From: Selaginella moellendorffii
Taxonomy: Eukaryota > Plantae > Lycopodiophyta
Direction: 5' to 3'
Assembly: GCF_000143415.4 (NCBI RefSeq)
Contig: NW_003314379.1
Location: 310,001 to 374,000, forward strand
Length of the DNA: 64,000 nt
Shown here: positions 26,325 through 38,899 of the stretch, piece after piece
Numbering within the stretch: position 1 is the stretch's first letter
Layout of the letters: each line of letters starts with the position of its first letter
Position numbers and translations under genes: made by a program
The notes under the pieces: generated by a model
The model's database searches: none
Told to the model about the DNA's origin: nothing
The model's input: the letters and a program-made list of their open reading frames with translations, nothing else

Positions 26325-28820
26325 TGTGAGATATAAATCCCTAAGCCCCAAAGTGGAGCCTAAAGGGTGCCATGTGGTTTGGACTAGAAGCTTCAACTTG
26401 AAAACTCGAGGGCAGAAGTGGAACTTCTAATGAAGTGCTCAAGGGATGAGCATGAAGCAATCGGTGAATGAGTCTCTAAAAAGGGACATAAGAAGGACTG
26501 ACACATGGCAAGTGTCATGACACATAGAAGTGTCAGGAACGAGTTTGAGATGGAGCTCTAAGATGGACTCGAGATGGAGTCCAAGATGGATTTGAGATGT
26601 AGTTCGAGATGGAGTCCGAGATGAACCCGAGATGCAATCTGAGATGGAGTCCGAGATGGACCCGAGATGGAGTCTAAGATAAAGTCCAAGATGGACCCCA
26701 GATGGAGTCTGAGATGGACCCCAGATGGAGTCTGAGATGGACCCGAGGTTGAGTCCAAGATAGACTTGAGATGTAGTTCGAGGTCAAGGCTAAGAAAGAG
26801 ACCGAGACCGAGACTGAGACCGAGACCGAGACGGAGGCCGAGACCAAGACGGAGGCTGAGATGGAGACGGAGGCCGAGATGGAGATGGAGACCGAGTCTG
26901 AGTTCAAATCCATGTCCAAGTCCAAGTCTAAGTTTGAGTTCGAGTTCAAGTCCAAGGGTGAAATCCCAAAGTGATCATCTCCCAAACCCTAGGGGGTTTG
27001 GTGAGCTCCAAAAGTATAGTAAGGGGGAGGACTTTAGTGGTGTTAATTTGGCTAAGAAAGGCTAGTATGACCAAGGAATGCTATATCCATGTGTTGGGTG
27101 ATGATATAACCATTGAGGAGTCCAAGGCTAGAGTGAATACAAATACACAAACAAAGTAGCTTGATGAAATGTTCAAAAGCCAGCTCTAGCTCCCTTGGGA
27201 GATCAAATGGTTAATGCTCCCAATTCAAGTATGGGTGGCACTACCTACTTGGATACCTAGCGTAGCTCATCAAAACCTCACTTTAACCACATAATTGGGG
27301 CACCCAAAAGTAGAAGGTAAGGAGAGTATCCACGAGGCTTGTGTCTTGCATAGGGCCACAATGTTTCGAAATGTCATCCCAAGGTCCTAATGTGGAAAGG
27401 AAGAGGAGAAGTTGTCTTGCATAAAGACCAAGGATATAGTTATGTGATAGGGAAGTCCTAGAAGTCAATAAGACTTAGTGGTCAGGCATTCAGGCATAGA
27501 CCCAAGGGCAATGTTGATGAACACTGCCAAGGATAGAGAGGGATTTGGCAGGGACTAAAGAAAGGATATTGGGGAAGGGTGTTTTCTATATTTCCAGACA
27601 TCCTAAGGACGTTAAGATGTGGTCATGGAATGACCACTCATGGATGGATGATTCAGTCTTTGGGAGATAAGATTGTGGTGCAAGTGGTCTTGGACTACTT
27701 GTGTGACAAAGGGGAATGGACATGGCCTTAGTGTAACAGGCAGATATATTAGTGGTACCTTTAGGTATTTGTCGTGGGATCAAACACATGGAGCATTTGG
27801 ACCAAGTGTTATGGTAGAATGGCATAAATGCCAGTCATGGGGCTAGTAAGTCCTTAAGTTGGGAATAGGACTTATAGAGGTTGTAAATAAGACACCTCCA
27901 AGTGGTTGAAGGTATAATTAAGTGACTAAAGTAGAATGGAAAATTTAGTCGCTTACAACTTAGTATCAAAGCTATTCCTTAGTCTGACTATTATTGGTGG
28001 CCAAGTATATCACCACTTGTATTGACATTGGAAGGTCCTAGGATTAGGCCTATCTTCGAGGAGTAGCAAGTCGGGAGGACGTAGCTCTTCATTGTAATTC
28101 ATGTGTGAACTTGTATGCAATATGGTAAATAGAAAGGGGCTAACAAGGGAACAACTTTGGGATCTTGGGAATAGTATAAAGTTTTCCTAAAAGAGTTGAG
28201 GATGTGATCCATATAAACATTTTATTTAACAAACTGGCTAATGTGGTTGTAGTGAACAACTACAATTGAGATCATAGGAATGATGGAAACTCCTAAACAA
28301 TCAAGGAGTCATAAGGTTATCTTCATATAGTTGAGGCTAATGCTCATGAATTTGAGACTAAAATTAATAACCTTGGAAAGTCAAATATGGATAAAAACAC
28401 AAGTCCTTAAAATAGTACCTGGGGCTAGCTTTAATAAATACTAGAACAACCCAAAAAGTTAGGGGTATATTTAAAGGATGAGTCAGTATTCTCATCATAT
28501 AGATGGATAGTCCTAAGGAGCAAAAGTAGCCCACAGAGAATAAAGAATAATCAAGTGTCAAAGTAATACTTGCAACGATGATACTTACAAGTAGGATATG
28601 AATACAAAAAGTTATATTTCAATGAGTTAACACCTCAAAAATAGCCATAAGGCTAGGACCTTATGGGTCGTTAAATTAGCAAAGTCAAAAAGGCTAAATG
28701 ACTCAAGTGGAATCAAAGAATAGTTCTAAAGGATTGATAAAAATATTTGAAAGAGGGGGGAAGTATCTAAATATGGGAACAGTGAGTATCTTATTGATAG
28801 CAAAATATGCCATACTAAAG
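26325..28820 (+). mobile_element. LARD family A, copy A2 (5' LTR, PBS and truncated internal region)
   Basis: LTR at 26325-27957 (TGTGAG...GCTTACA) with the repeat array and a decayed PBS TAGTATCAAAGC. The internal sequence matches 56990-57855 and then stops. Confidence 0.85.
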
Positions 28821-28829
28821 TTTAGTTGT

Positions 28830-30718
28830 TCTTTTGAGGATGGTAAATGAGTGGAATATAGATTTTGATGAAAAGTATGCTGTTAGTAATGATAGTCATA
28901 ACGATGAGGAAAAAACTCTCAATAGTGTCATAGTTGCTAGATTACTGAGGTTTAGAATGTCATTAAAGAGGTTAAGAATTCCATTAGGATTTCCTATTTT
29001 ATATGAACTTTCAAAGGTTGAATCAATCTTATATCCGTGATTACCATTGGTAAATTAAGCATTCTATAAGGATTATGGTATTATAGAATGGAAATCATCA
29101 TTAAATATTTGTGATAGCTAAAAAGTTGATTCTTGGTTGGAATTGTGAGAAAGTTGTTGGTCTCACAATTCTTATGAGGATAAGGTGAAGTTTGTTTTTT
29201 TTTTTTTGTGACAAAGCTCATGGACCATGCTTCTTTGTGGTGGAAGAACTACATCAAAACTACTTTTAAACCAATTTCTTAGAGTGATTTGAAAAAGTTT
29301 TTTTACACTTTGTTTGTCAAGAATTTTGAAAAAAATTATCTTGTGAACCAGTTGCTAAAAATCAAGTAGAGGACTTTGTCTTTGGATGCGTATGCCCAAT
29401 AGTTCCATGATCTTTGCCTTAGTCTTATAGATATTTTTAATGAACTGCTAAAGGTGTAACATTTTATCAAAAGTTTAAGCTCAATGGATATGCACCAAAA
29501 AGTCAAGAAGGATTTTCCAAAAATGTTGATTGATGCTATCACTAAGGCTTAAATCTTTTTGCCCAAACCATTATTCAACTCAGTCAACTCTAGTCAATGG
29601 GATGTCTATGGGGTAGTCAACCTGCCAATGTTTCATATTCAAGGAAGAAATGGCCATTAGTATATCATGGCTCAAAGTATGGAGATAATAATAAGGCTAA
29701 GAAATTTCATTTGGACTAAGGGAAAAAAAGACAAGGTAGAGGGCAATTATTTTCATTATCATAAGGTTAGGCATTAGAACAAGGATTGTTTTGAAGAGGT
29801 CAACAAATGTTAAGGTGACTAGTGGAATTTATAGACAATATTCTTTTATGGTTATGAGCCATAAGTTTGATGTTATACAGTGGAATTGGCCTATTCGAGA
29901 CAAAGAGTTGTATGTTGTGATTGTTGTTGTGAAGGAATGGCAACGTTATTTGTATGGATTAAACTTCCACTAAAACAGTGAAAAGGTTTAAAAATTACTA
30001 AATATTCAACACAAATTTTTATTTGTATTAATTCTACATTTATTAGTATAACAATTAATGTGGATTCAAACCATCAGTCTCTCCAATATTTCAATCATCA
30101 AAAGGACCTTCAAGGCCACTTTACTCATTGGCAAGTGTTTTTGCAAGAAATATTTGTTACAATACAATACAAGTATGGAGGCAACAATAAAGTGGTTAAT
30201 ACATTATCTAGGATAATAAATTCTATCTCATTCATGAAGATATCTAGCAATCTCTTGAGTGAGATTAAGGAGTTTATTGACTTTAGCTCCTTTATTAATG
30301 ATACTCGTGTGAAGGTTTTATTGAGGGATGTCTTTACAAATTTGAAAGGTGACAAGTTTATATCATTTGTGATATAAAATGAAATCTTAGTGAAAAAGGG
30401 ATATATAGTGGTTTTTCGTGTTGACAAACTTATCAAATAAATTTTGGTTGTCTCATGAGAGCCAAGTGCTAAGCATCTGAGGGTACTAAGAATCTATATA
30501 TTGGTGAAAAGGCATTTTGTTTTGCCTAGGATAAAGTTAAATGTTGAGAAATATGTATATGGTTACTTGACCTACTAGATAGTCAAAATTAATCATCAAA
30601 AACTTATTGGCCTCTATCATCCTCTATGTGTACATAAGAATAAGTGAGATAGCATCTCAATGGACTTTATCATTGGTTTGCCCAAAACCTTTCAAAAAAA
30701 TGATACTATGTGGATTGT
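28830..30718 (+). mobile_element. Highly decayed Ty3/gypsy remnant (gag, RNase H, integrase)
   Basis: WPIRDKELYVVIVVVKEWQRYLYG and NHQSLQYF (RNase H), and ISMDFIIGLPKT (integrase). AT-rich with many stops. Confidence 0.75.
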
Positions 30719-30913
30719 TATAAATAAATAAAAAATGACTTAAAAAATTATTTATAGAGATTTAAATATAAAGGGAAAGGGTCTATAGACAAAAGTGCAC
30801 CTCTATTAAGGATCTTGGGATATTTAAAGTTAAACATTCTTGGGTTTGAATAGTATTAGGTTGGATGACTTCCCAAGAAATCCAAATCTAAGAGCTTACA
30901 TTTGGTATTAGAG
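30719..30913 (+). mobile_element. Heavily mutated Cassandra-like LTR followed by a PBS
   Basis: Aligns with 12967-13160 (AAATATAAAGGGAAAGG...TGGGTTTGAATAGTATTAGGTTGGATGACTTCCCAAGAAATCC...GAGCTTACA at 30900), followed by TTTGGTATTAGAG. The left boundary is approximate. Confidence 0.75.
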
Positions 30914-31792
30914 AAAAACATGTTAAGAAATAATCTATAAAAATTTAAATATAAAAAGAAAGGGTTAACTATTGTAAATTGATATTGTTGTGGCTCCACA
31001 AGGTCTAGCATCACTCCTTCTCGCACCCATTCAGGCTCATGATCAGCATATAGTGGTGCAGGGAGTTGTTGTTTGTGTGGCCATGAAGCAGGTTGCAGTG
31101 GTATCACCAACAATTAGATAGTGCAGCCCAATGTCTAGATCACAGTTTGGTGGCCCTGAATGAGAAATGCTTTCTTTGAGTGTGTAAATCCTGGGCAACG
31201 GTGGAAATTATCCATCCCAGTAAGCTAGTTTATCTTGCCAGGGACATGGCAAGCAGTGAGAAGTTTGCGGTCAAGTATGTTCAACAGTACGGGTAGGCAC
31301 AAATGTGGGCTACACACCCCACAACCTGGCTGGAGGTGGAAATGGAGTACCTGGATAGTAAGACAGGCTGGATGCGGAAACACTCTGGGATTAGAGGGTG
31401 GTGTGTCTGAAGGCTGCTCACAGGTGAAAGTTGGCGAGACAAGCAGGCCACATATGACGTGCATAGCAACATGCATGACAACAATGTTAGGTTCATTGAC
31501 TTTGACTGGGCCATGGAGAGGGATCACTGTATCCAACCTTTATGACAACGATGGAGGGAGTTTGAACCAACAGGCCTATGATACAAGCATGATTTGTTCC
31601 TTTCACAATGCAGGCAGGATATGGAACTGAAGAATGTGTTTTTATTGACAGCAACAACAGAAGATTACTAGGCCTAAACCACTCTGGAAAGAAGATAAGT
31701 AAGAGATGATAGGGAGAAGAGAGTGCTCTATGCACAGGCTGCTAGTCAGATTTCAGCCACTTCTTAGTCAACACGCACGAGTGCAAGAGCTT

Positions 31793-33241
31793 TTAGAAGT
31801 GGTATCTTTTTGAACTCTTGGCGCTGTACGAATTTCTCGGCTTCACGCCAGGTTTCCATGCACAAATCCCAAACGCCAGGGCGTCCTTCCATGCCAGTAG
31901 CAACCAGTGCCCATCCCTGTACAAGCTAAACTTCTCGCCTCTCCAGATCAGCCTGGCTGTCTCGATAACTTGGTCGCTCAGAGGCAGCTGCTCGAATCCA
32001 GCTTTCTTTGCCGTCGAATCCCAGTAGTAGTATGGCCCCGGCCGTTCCACTCGATCCACCCCTTCACAGGCCACCACATTCATGATGCTCCTCTCCACAA
32101 ACTTTCTTGCGAAGCCAAGCTCTTGCGGATGATCCTTAAGAACCTCTCCAAAACCGTTTAGAATGTTGGCATAGTACGCAAGTGTCGCCTCAAAGCGCTG
32201 GACGAAGAACGGGGATGAGACGTTGGGGTCGGCGTTTGGCAGAGACTGGATCAACAATGCCGGCTGGAGCTTGAGCATGCGATCGAAGAACACTTTCCTT
32301 AGATTGTTTGCTGCGGTGGAGTCGTCCCTCAAGAATCGCAGTCTCCTGTTTGTGTTGATGACCACAAACTCGTTCAAGCTGTTGCACTGCGGCTGTGCGA
32401 GCTCCCAAGAGTCTGCAGTGATGTAGTTAAACTCAAACGGAATCCCACACTATTCTGCGAACTCGAGTAAATGCTTCCCAATCTGTGCACCATCTATCAT
32501 CCCAGACGAGTCGATTCCTGTCATCCTCAGCAGTGGAGCTCCCTCGGGTCGCTGAGATAAAGCTCGGATAAGCCACGGCCACTGGCTGCCATACAGTATC
32601 CCGTAGTCCACAATATGAATCCGCTTGGCTCCCTTGCACGCCTCGAGAATTATGTGATTCGAGATCACCTCGGTGGCGCTGAACCACGGGAGGTTCATGC
32701 ACAAAAGCCCCACGTAGCGCTTCTGAGAAACCTCTCTGGACAGAGCCGAGTAGAGCTGTGAACCACACCCTTTAAGCCTTGCTACCAGTGCGTTGACGAA
32801 GAACAATGCGGTCCTTTTTAAGTGGCTGTTTTCGGATGTCACTGAGTTCTTGATCAATCCGATGAGATTGTAAACCTGTGCCGAGTTCCTGGCTGCTACT
32901 GCTCTTGCGCACTCTCTGAGCAAGCTAAATACTTCCTGGTCGACCTGTTCTTGATCACTGTCCGGAGACTGGACGCAACCTCTTATGATGGAATTCAAGT
33001 CGTCCATGTAAGCCTGGTATCTGTTCTGCTGCGGGGTTGCAACCTCCTGCTCGTCACTATCACTATCCCCGTCTAAAAGCATCTTGGAAAGGTAACTCAG
33101 CGCAGGATCGTCCAGCTGCAAAACAGGAGCCGCAACTGGAAGTGGTTGAATTCTTACTTGGTGTTGCAAAAGGGCCTTCTGCAGCAGCGGAATCAAGCTG
33201 CCCGTTGTCATTTGCGACCTGTAGCCCTCTTCCTCCATCAT
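31793..33241 (-). pseudogene. GRAS-family transcription regulator (LISCL/SCL14-like), intronless, with one in-frame TAG at 32450-32452
   Basis: Motifs LSYLSKMLL, HIVDYGILYGSQWPWLIRALSQRPEGAPLLRMTGID, FFVQRFEATL, NVVACEGVDRVERP and terminal CAW (SAW motif). ORFs 32450-33289 and 31793-32377 are in the same frame across ...FAE*CGIPFEF. Confidence 0.9.
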
Positions 33242-33439
33242 GACCTCCAAAGTCAAAAACCCTCCAAGCCGGAAAGAATTCATATACAAGTCAAAAAGGT
33301 GTTCTGATTTACCTCAGAAATGTGATCACAATTGATCACATTCCCCGAATTTCAGAGAAAGATCGTATCAAAAAAGTCAATAGAAGGATCAGTGACTGCA
33401 TGTTTTCACATAAAAATGTGACGTGTTCTTGCCTGGATA

Positions 33440-34925
33440 CATGTCCATCAAGCTCGTTCAGAACCTCGACGCGGAAGGCCAATGGATAGATGCTGGAAGG
33501 CACGCTCAGCTTGTAAACCGCCACCACCTTGGCTTCCAAGCCGCCATCACTGGGAACTTGGATCACGTTCAAATTCTTCTTCTGGCAGCTCACAGCGTGG
33601 AGCGAAAACTTGTCATCGCTGGAAGAAGCGTTAATCAGCTGGAGCGTCTCCCACGATTTCTTGCCAGTTTTGTATCTTAACAACAACGATTTGGCCATGT
33701 CGGGCTCGTACATCCAGTTGGAGTGCACAAAGCAGTGGTGCCGCTCCTGCAATCCAGGGATGTCCGCCACTTCCCAGGAAAGATGAGAAAACAAGCGCCC
33801 GCACGAGCTCACTACCATCTTGATCGACAACAAGGGCGTCGCGAAAGGCTATGGTCTCCAGCGATGGTGATAGGGGCCATCGATCCTCCACCGGAGTCCA
33901 GTTCCACCCCCTCACGGTTGCTACCCACGACATAGAGCCGACCCTCCATAGCCGGGGACATACAGAACCTTTGAGAACACAGCGTTGGCGCCGGGACGCT
34001 CCGTCGATTCGTGCATGCATCGAAGACGCCCACGGATTTGCTGTAGCCGAGGGCCTTGCACCTGCGAGTAGCTAATAGCTGTCCCGATCGAAGAGGAATA
34101 TTTTTATCACCGATTCTCTCTGGCAATCGATCACAGCTTACCGGGGCCACAACGGGATTCCACTGCCAGAACGGTCACAGAGAATTGCAAGGCCGTGAAA
34201 GCGATCCAAGTTCCCAATGATGGCGGCTTGGAATAAAAACTTGTCACCTCTATGACCGCCCACATGATCTTCTGCCGGAACAAAAACTTGTCACTGCTGT
34301 CTCGAGCTGAGAAAACAATGGGCCACCACAGCACGAGGTCACAACCATCTTGCTGTCATCGACAAGGAGGGCGTTGTGAAATCTGTTTGGTGGAGGGGGG
34401 AGAGGAACCCATCGATCCTCCACTGGTTTGTATACCTCAGCATCCGGTTCCTCCCCCATACTGTTGCCACCCACGATGTAGAGCTGACCCTCCATAGCTG
34501 CGGACACATAGCACCTTCGTCAATGCAGCATTGGCGCCGTGACGCTCCATCAATTTGTGTGTGCATCAAAGACACTCACTGATTTGTTGCGGCCCCATCT
34601 CCCAAGAAGATAGAGCTTGCTGCTGACGGCCCTGCACTTGAATCCTCTCCTGGTGTCGAGCATGAAGCCCTACAAGGAGGAGGAGGTAATATCATCCATT
34701 CACTACTGGATTGAATGCAATGATCGGAAGCTCGTCCCTGAGCAACACCGTGGCAACAAGTGATTCCTTGTCCAATCCCTGGGCGGAGCAATCATCATAG
34801 AATTTGGCACTGGAGATGAGATTCCTCCATGCTCGGCTCACTTGGTACATCTGCTTGTGGGATGAGAGTGACACTTGTAGGAGGCACTGGTAAGTGCCAT
34901 TGTTATCCAGGCCAGGGATAAGCAA
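33440..34925 (-). pseudogene. F-box/kelch-repeat pseudogene(s): two tandem frameshifted partial copies (about 34160-34925 and 33440-34060)
   Basis: F-box start LIPGLDNNGTYQCLLQVSLSSHKQMYQVSRAWRNLISS. Kelch pieces MEGQLYIVGG, AEVYKPVEDRWVPLPP and MEGRLYVVG. The IQVPNDGG/IQVPSDGG block is duplicated. Confidence 0.75.
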
Positions 34926-35539
34926 TACTATTGCTGCCTTTTACCCTATTGATGATTGCCACTTTTTCAACTGCCAAATTTTATAGTTTGTGGCTGATGC
35001 CTCTAGTTAATAAAAGAACTTATGTAACTTTTCAATCATAGAACAATGTCCTTTATATTTATTTAAAATAGAAGAATCATAGTAAGTGTGGAAAAAAGGG
35101 TGGAATAAAGATTGAAGGTTTGATTAGCCATAAATAATTATTAAGATTTGTCCTCACAAAATAAAGAAAATCATCTTTAAGGTGATATTGAGAATGTAAA
35201 TGCTGAAATGGCAAATTATCAATAAATGATGTAAAACTTTCAAATCCATCACAATGCCTTTAGATTCATGGTTTAACTTTTAGAGCCTTATGAACCTCAT
35301 CAAAAAAAGGTAAATTTTGTTCTGCACTTTGTGGACACTAAACATCAAATATAACAACCACTAACAGCATGAAATCCTCATATAAAAAATCCATAAATGT
35401 TAGAAAAATAAACTTGTAAGAAACATGGTAAAAGAGCAAAGAAGAGAGAGAAGTTTGAGAAAAAACATTAGTATCAATTATAGAACTCTTTAGGCAATAA
35501 ACAACATCAAAGTCATATATCTAACATTTCAAAAAGAGG

Positions 35540-36420
35540 AATCTTATCTCTAATACCAAATTCTACAATGATTGCTTTGCAAAAGGGTTTAATGAAGAGC
35601 CATAATGATCCTCAAGCAAGAGAACAAGCTTTTGATCCTAGTGTTAAATCCCAGTAGCTCAAAGAAAGTGTGGGTGGTTCTTCCTCCTCCACCACAGGAC
35701 TTCAATGACATTGGAGGATTTGATTGCAAGGCCCTTGGCAGAAAGCTCTATCTTATTGGAGGATGGGGCCACAGTAAATCACTGAGTGTCTTAGATTCAC
35801 ACACGAATCAATGGAGCGCCACAGCACCAATGCTGTGTCCTTGATTCTTCTTTGCGTCCGCAGCTATGGGGGGTTGGTGGCAACCATGAGTGGGAGAAAC
35901 AGGATGCTAACGCAAACAATCTGCTGGAGGACCAATGGTATCCTCTCCTGCCATTGCCACCGCATGGGACCATGGCCTTTTGCAATGCTCTCATCGTGGA
36001 TGGTAACAAGAACGTGCTGGTAATGGAGAGACACTTGTTTTCTCAGTAGAAGACCATTCCTGGGAAGTGGTGGACATGACTAGATTGCATGGGTGCTGCT
36101 GTATTGTACATGCGAACCAGATGTACAATGCTGACATAACTAAATTGTTGCAGAGATATGACAGTGGCAACAACTCATGGGAGGCACTCCAGCTGACAAA
36201 CACTTCTTCCAGGGATAGCAAGTTTGGGTTCTGCGGTGTGAGCTGCAAGAAGAACATCTGGGCAGTCAAGGAGGATTGCAAGGTCATGAAAGTGATCCAA
36301 GTTCCCAACGATGGTGGCTTGGAAGACAAGATGATGAAAGTTTATGAGCTCAGCGTGCCTTTCAGCAGCAATCCATATCCATCATTCCAACTCAAAGTTC
36401 TTCAAGCTAGATGGATCCTG
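35540..36420 (+). pseudogene. F-box/kelch-type pseudogene, a divergently oriented paralogue of 33440-34925
   Basis: GFDCKALGRKLYLIGGW, LQRYDSGNNSWEALQL and VIQVPNDGGLE. It is frameshifted and the F-box is missing. Confidence 0.75.
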
Positions 36421-37722
36421 GAACAGCTACTATCTAAAGGAAAGTTCTTTACATGGATGTCGTGTTTGCAGCAAATGCCCAATAAAGGCATGTTCTAAAA
36501 AGATGGTTTTATCTCATTTAAGGGGGCATTACAATGCGCTGAGGTGGCTTGTAGGGAAGCAGCAGAGCATTGTGTTTGTGTCACTCCAGGATGCTAATGT
36601 TTATTGGAGTGTTTTGCAAGAAACAAAAAGAGGCCTGGGCTTAGCTTCAAGTATATGCAGGACATCTTGGTTTAGATTTTGCTTTCAAGCACGTTGATTG
36701 ATGGTTTATTTTGTCCAGATTAAAGTGGGATGAAAAAAACTAACACTATCTAGCATACACTCTTTCACTTTAACAGAAACTTCAGATGTCTTCCAAATAC
36801 CATTCAGGTTTTTATTTTATTCTACAGCTCTTCTTTAAAATGGGATTCAATAAGTGAGCTTTGGAATGGATACAAAGGATTTGCCAATGGTGCAGCTATA
36901 CGTGAAGGTGGAGCTAGGTAAATTGCGGGACATCATTTAGCAGGGTGGACAGCCAAGTCGTTGTGGATGTCGAGAGGAAGGTGCTGATGACAAGCTGTGG
37001 TCATCCTGGATTGCCTATAGAAGTCTGGGGGTCATACAAAGTGGTGTCACCACTAAAAACTGCACCAGAAGGCGAGTGGAAAGCTCAAAGTTGAGGAAGC
37101 CATGCTCCCCCTATCATGCTGTGTCCAAGAGTGCCAGAAAAATCTCTTATATCCAAGAGTCTTGCTGAAAAGGTACTGAAGTTGTGAAAAAGCTGTAGAG
37201 TGCTCATGTCCACCACTTTCATTGCTGTGAAGCTGTTAAAAGAATGAGGTGCTCTGATTGACTGCTACAGGTGTGGATGGCCATGGTCTAGAGCTGAGTG
37301 TGGTTGAAAAGAGTCACTGCTCCAAGTCAAAGTAGGAAAAACATGCTGGAGAAAACTAGAAGAGTCTCCTGAATATCATTGTGAAGGCCTAGTGTCAGAA
37401 GCATAGAAATAGAACTCACTATTTGATAAAACTTATGTCAAGCATCTATGATAAGCTTAGAGTACTTGAAAGTCACACATTAGTGAGAGGTGGATACATT
37501 GCCTTCACAGTTGGCCAAAGAAAGCCTTTAATAAAAACTCTACGACTGCTTTTGTTAGAAGATTCATAGGCAACTATTCAAGAGCACAAACTTTATGTTC
37601 TTCAATAAATGGTCTTTTATATGCTATTAATGATGTCTAAAAACTAGGAGAAAATCTTTGGTGTGGTTTAGCTTGCAATTGCGATTAGCTGCACCAGGCT
37701 GCTGCTATGGTTGCAGAACGAC

Positions 37723-38587
37723 TGTAGCGCACCTTATCTCTCTTCCCTTAAGCCAACTGGAAAAGGGGCAATTGCTTGATGAGAGAGCCCTTAGTGGCTA
37801 TTTTATCCCCATTTATCCCCCAAGGTTCCAAGGATCCACGGTGACAGTATATTTAAATTTCATCCCATGATCACATATGCTACACTCACCCCCTCTTCAA
37901 AGATGTCAATGTCCTCATTGACTATTGACTAGCAACCCCTACTGAGCCAAAGTCTCTGATACCAATGTTATGATCCGGCGCAAAAAGACAAAGATCTAGT
38001 TGCCCTAGACTATACTACGCCACTTCTTGAGGTTCTTCACCACCCAACCACCCCCGAGCTACCTCAAAAGCTCCACTGCGCCGCCGCTCCACTATGAGCC
38101 CTAGGGTAAGTTAAGTCCCTTACTTTAACATAGGTAAGGGGAACCTATTAAGGGGAACCAACACCTCCATTTCCACACTCAATCTACCAATCCTTCTATT
38201 GTGTAGACCAGTTATTCCATGTGAGGCAACTAATCATCCACCAATACCGTAGTCCCATGGTGGATACCTTCGTCCATGGATACTCCACACAAGAGGAAGG
38301 ACGTACGCATGGATGCTCAATACGTAATTTAGGGGTAGGAATATACCTTGCTCAAGGGTATATTATATTTTTAAGTAGCCACTAATCAATGGAAATCGAA
38401 CCCGTGCCATTTGCTCTGATACCAACTGTAGTGCACTTTATCTCTCTCCCCTTAAGTCAACTGGAAAAGGGGCAATTGCTTGATGAGAGAGCCCTTAGTG
38501 GCTATTTTATCCCCATTTATCCCCCAAGGTTCCAAGGATCTACGGTGACAATTATCCAAATCTCATCCCATGATCACATGTGCTATA
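37723..38587 (-). mobile_element. Composite TRIM-like element (161-bp LTRs, two PBSs)
   Basis: Direct repeats 37723-37883 and 38427-38587 (TGTAG...GCTACA/GCTATA) with TSD ACGAC/ATGAC. PBS TGGTATCAGAG on the - strand at about 38413-38424 and again at about 37954-37964. PPT GAGGGGGTGAG. Confidence 0.8.
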
Positions 38588-38899
38588 ATGACAGAGAGCT
38601 TTCATTGTCATTGATCTTGCATTTATGCAATAATCCTCCCCCTGGAACAAGTTACCAAACACACAAGTTAATTAGAAATTAACCTGAGACTTTCGATCCT
38701 TAAAAAGGCTCATGTCAGTGGTCATGAGTAAGGATAGGCTTGACATCACTAGAATACTCCGAGTCTTGAGCAAATGGATGTGCATTGGTGATAGGTTAGA
38801 ATACAACAGAGATAGGGATAAGGGTCGAGTGCTAACTCTCCCCTTTAACTACTTCTACATAGTGGCAATTGCCACTTCTTCCTAAGTCCTAACTGTCAA

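Noticed and set aside
31000-31700. Possible further F-box-associated gene remnant
   Set aside because: Only vague similarity and no convincing motif or continuous frame.
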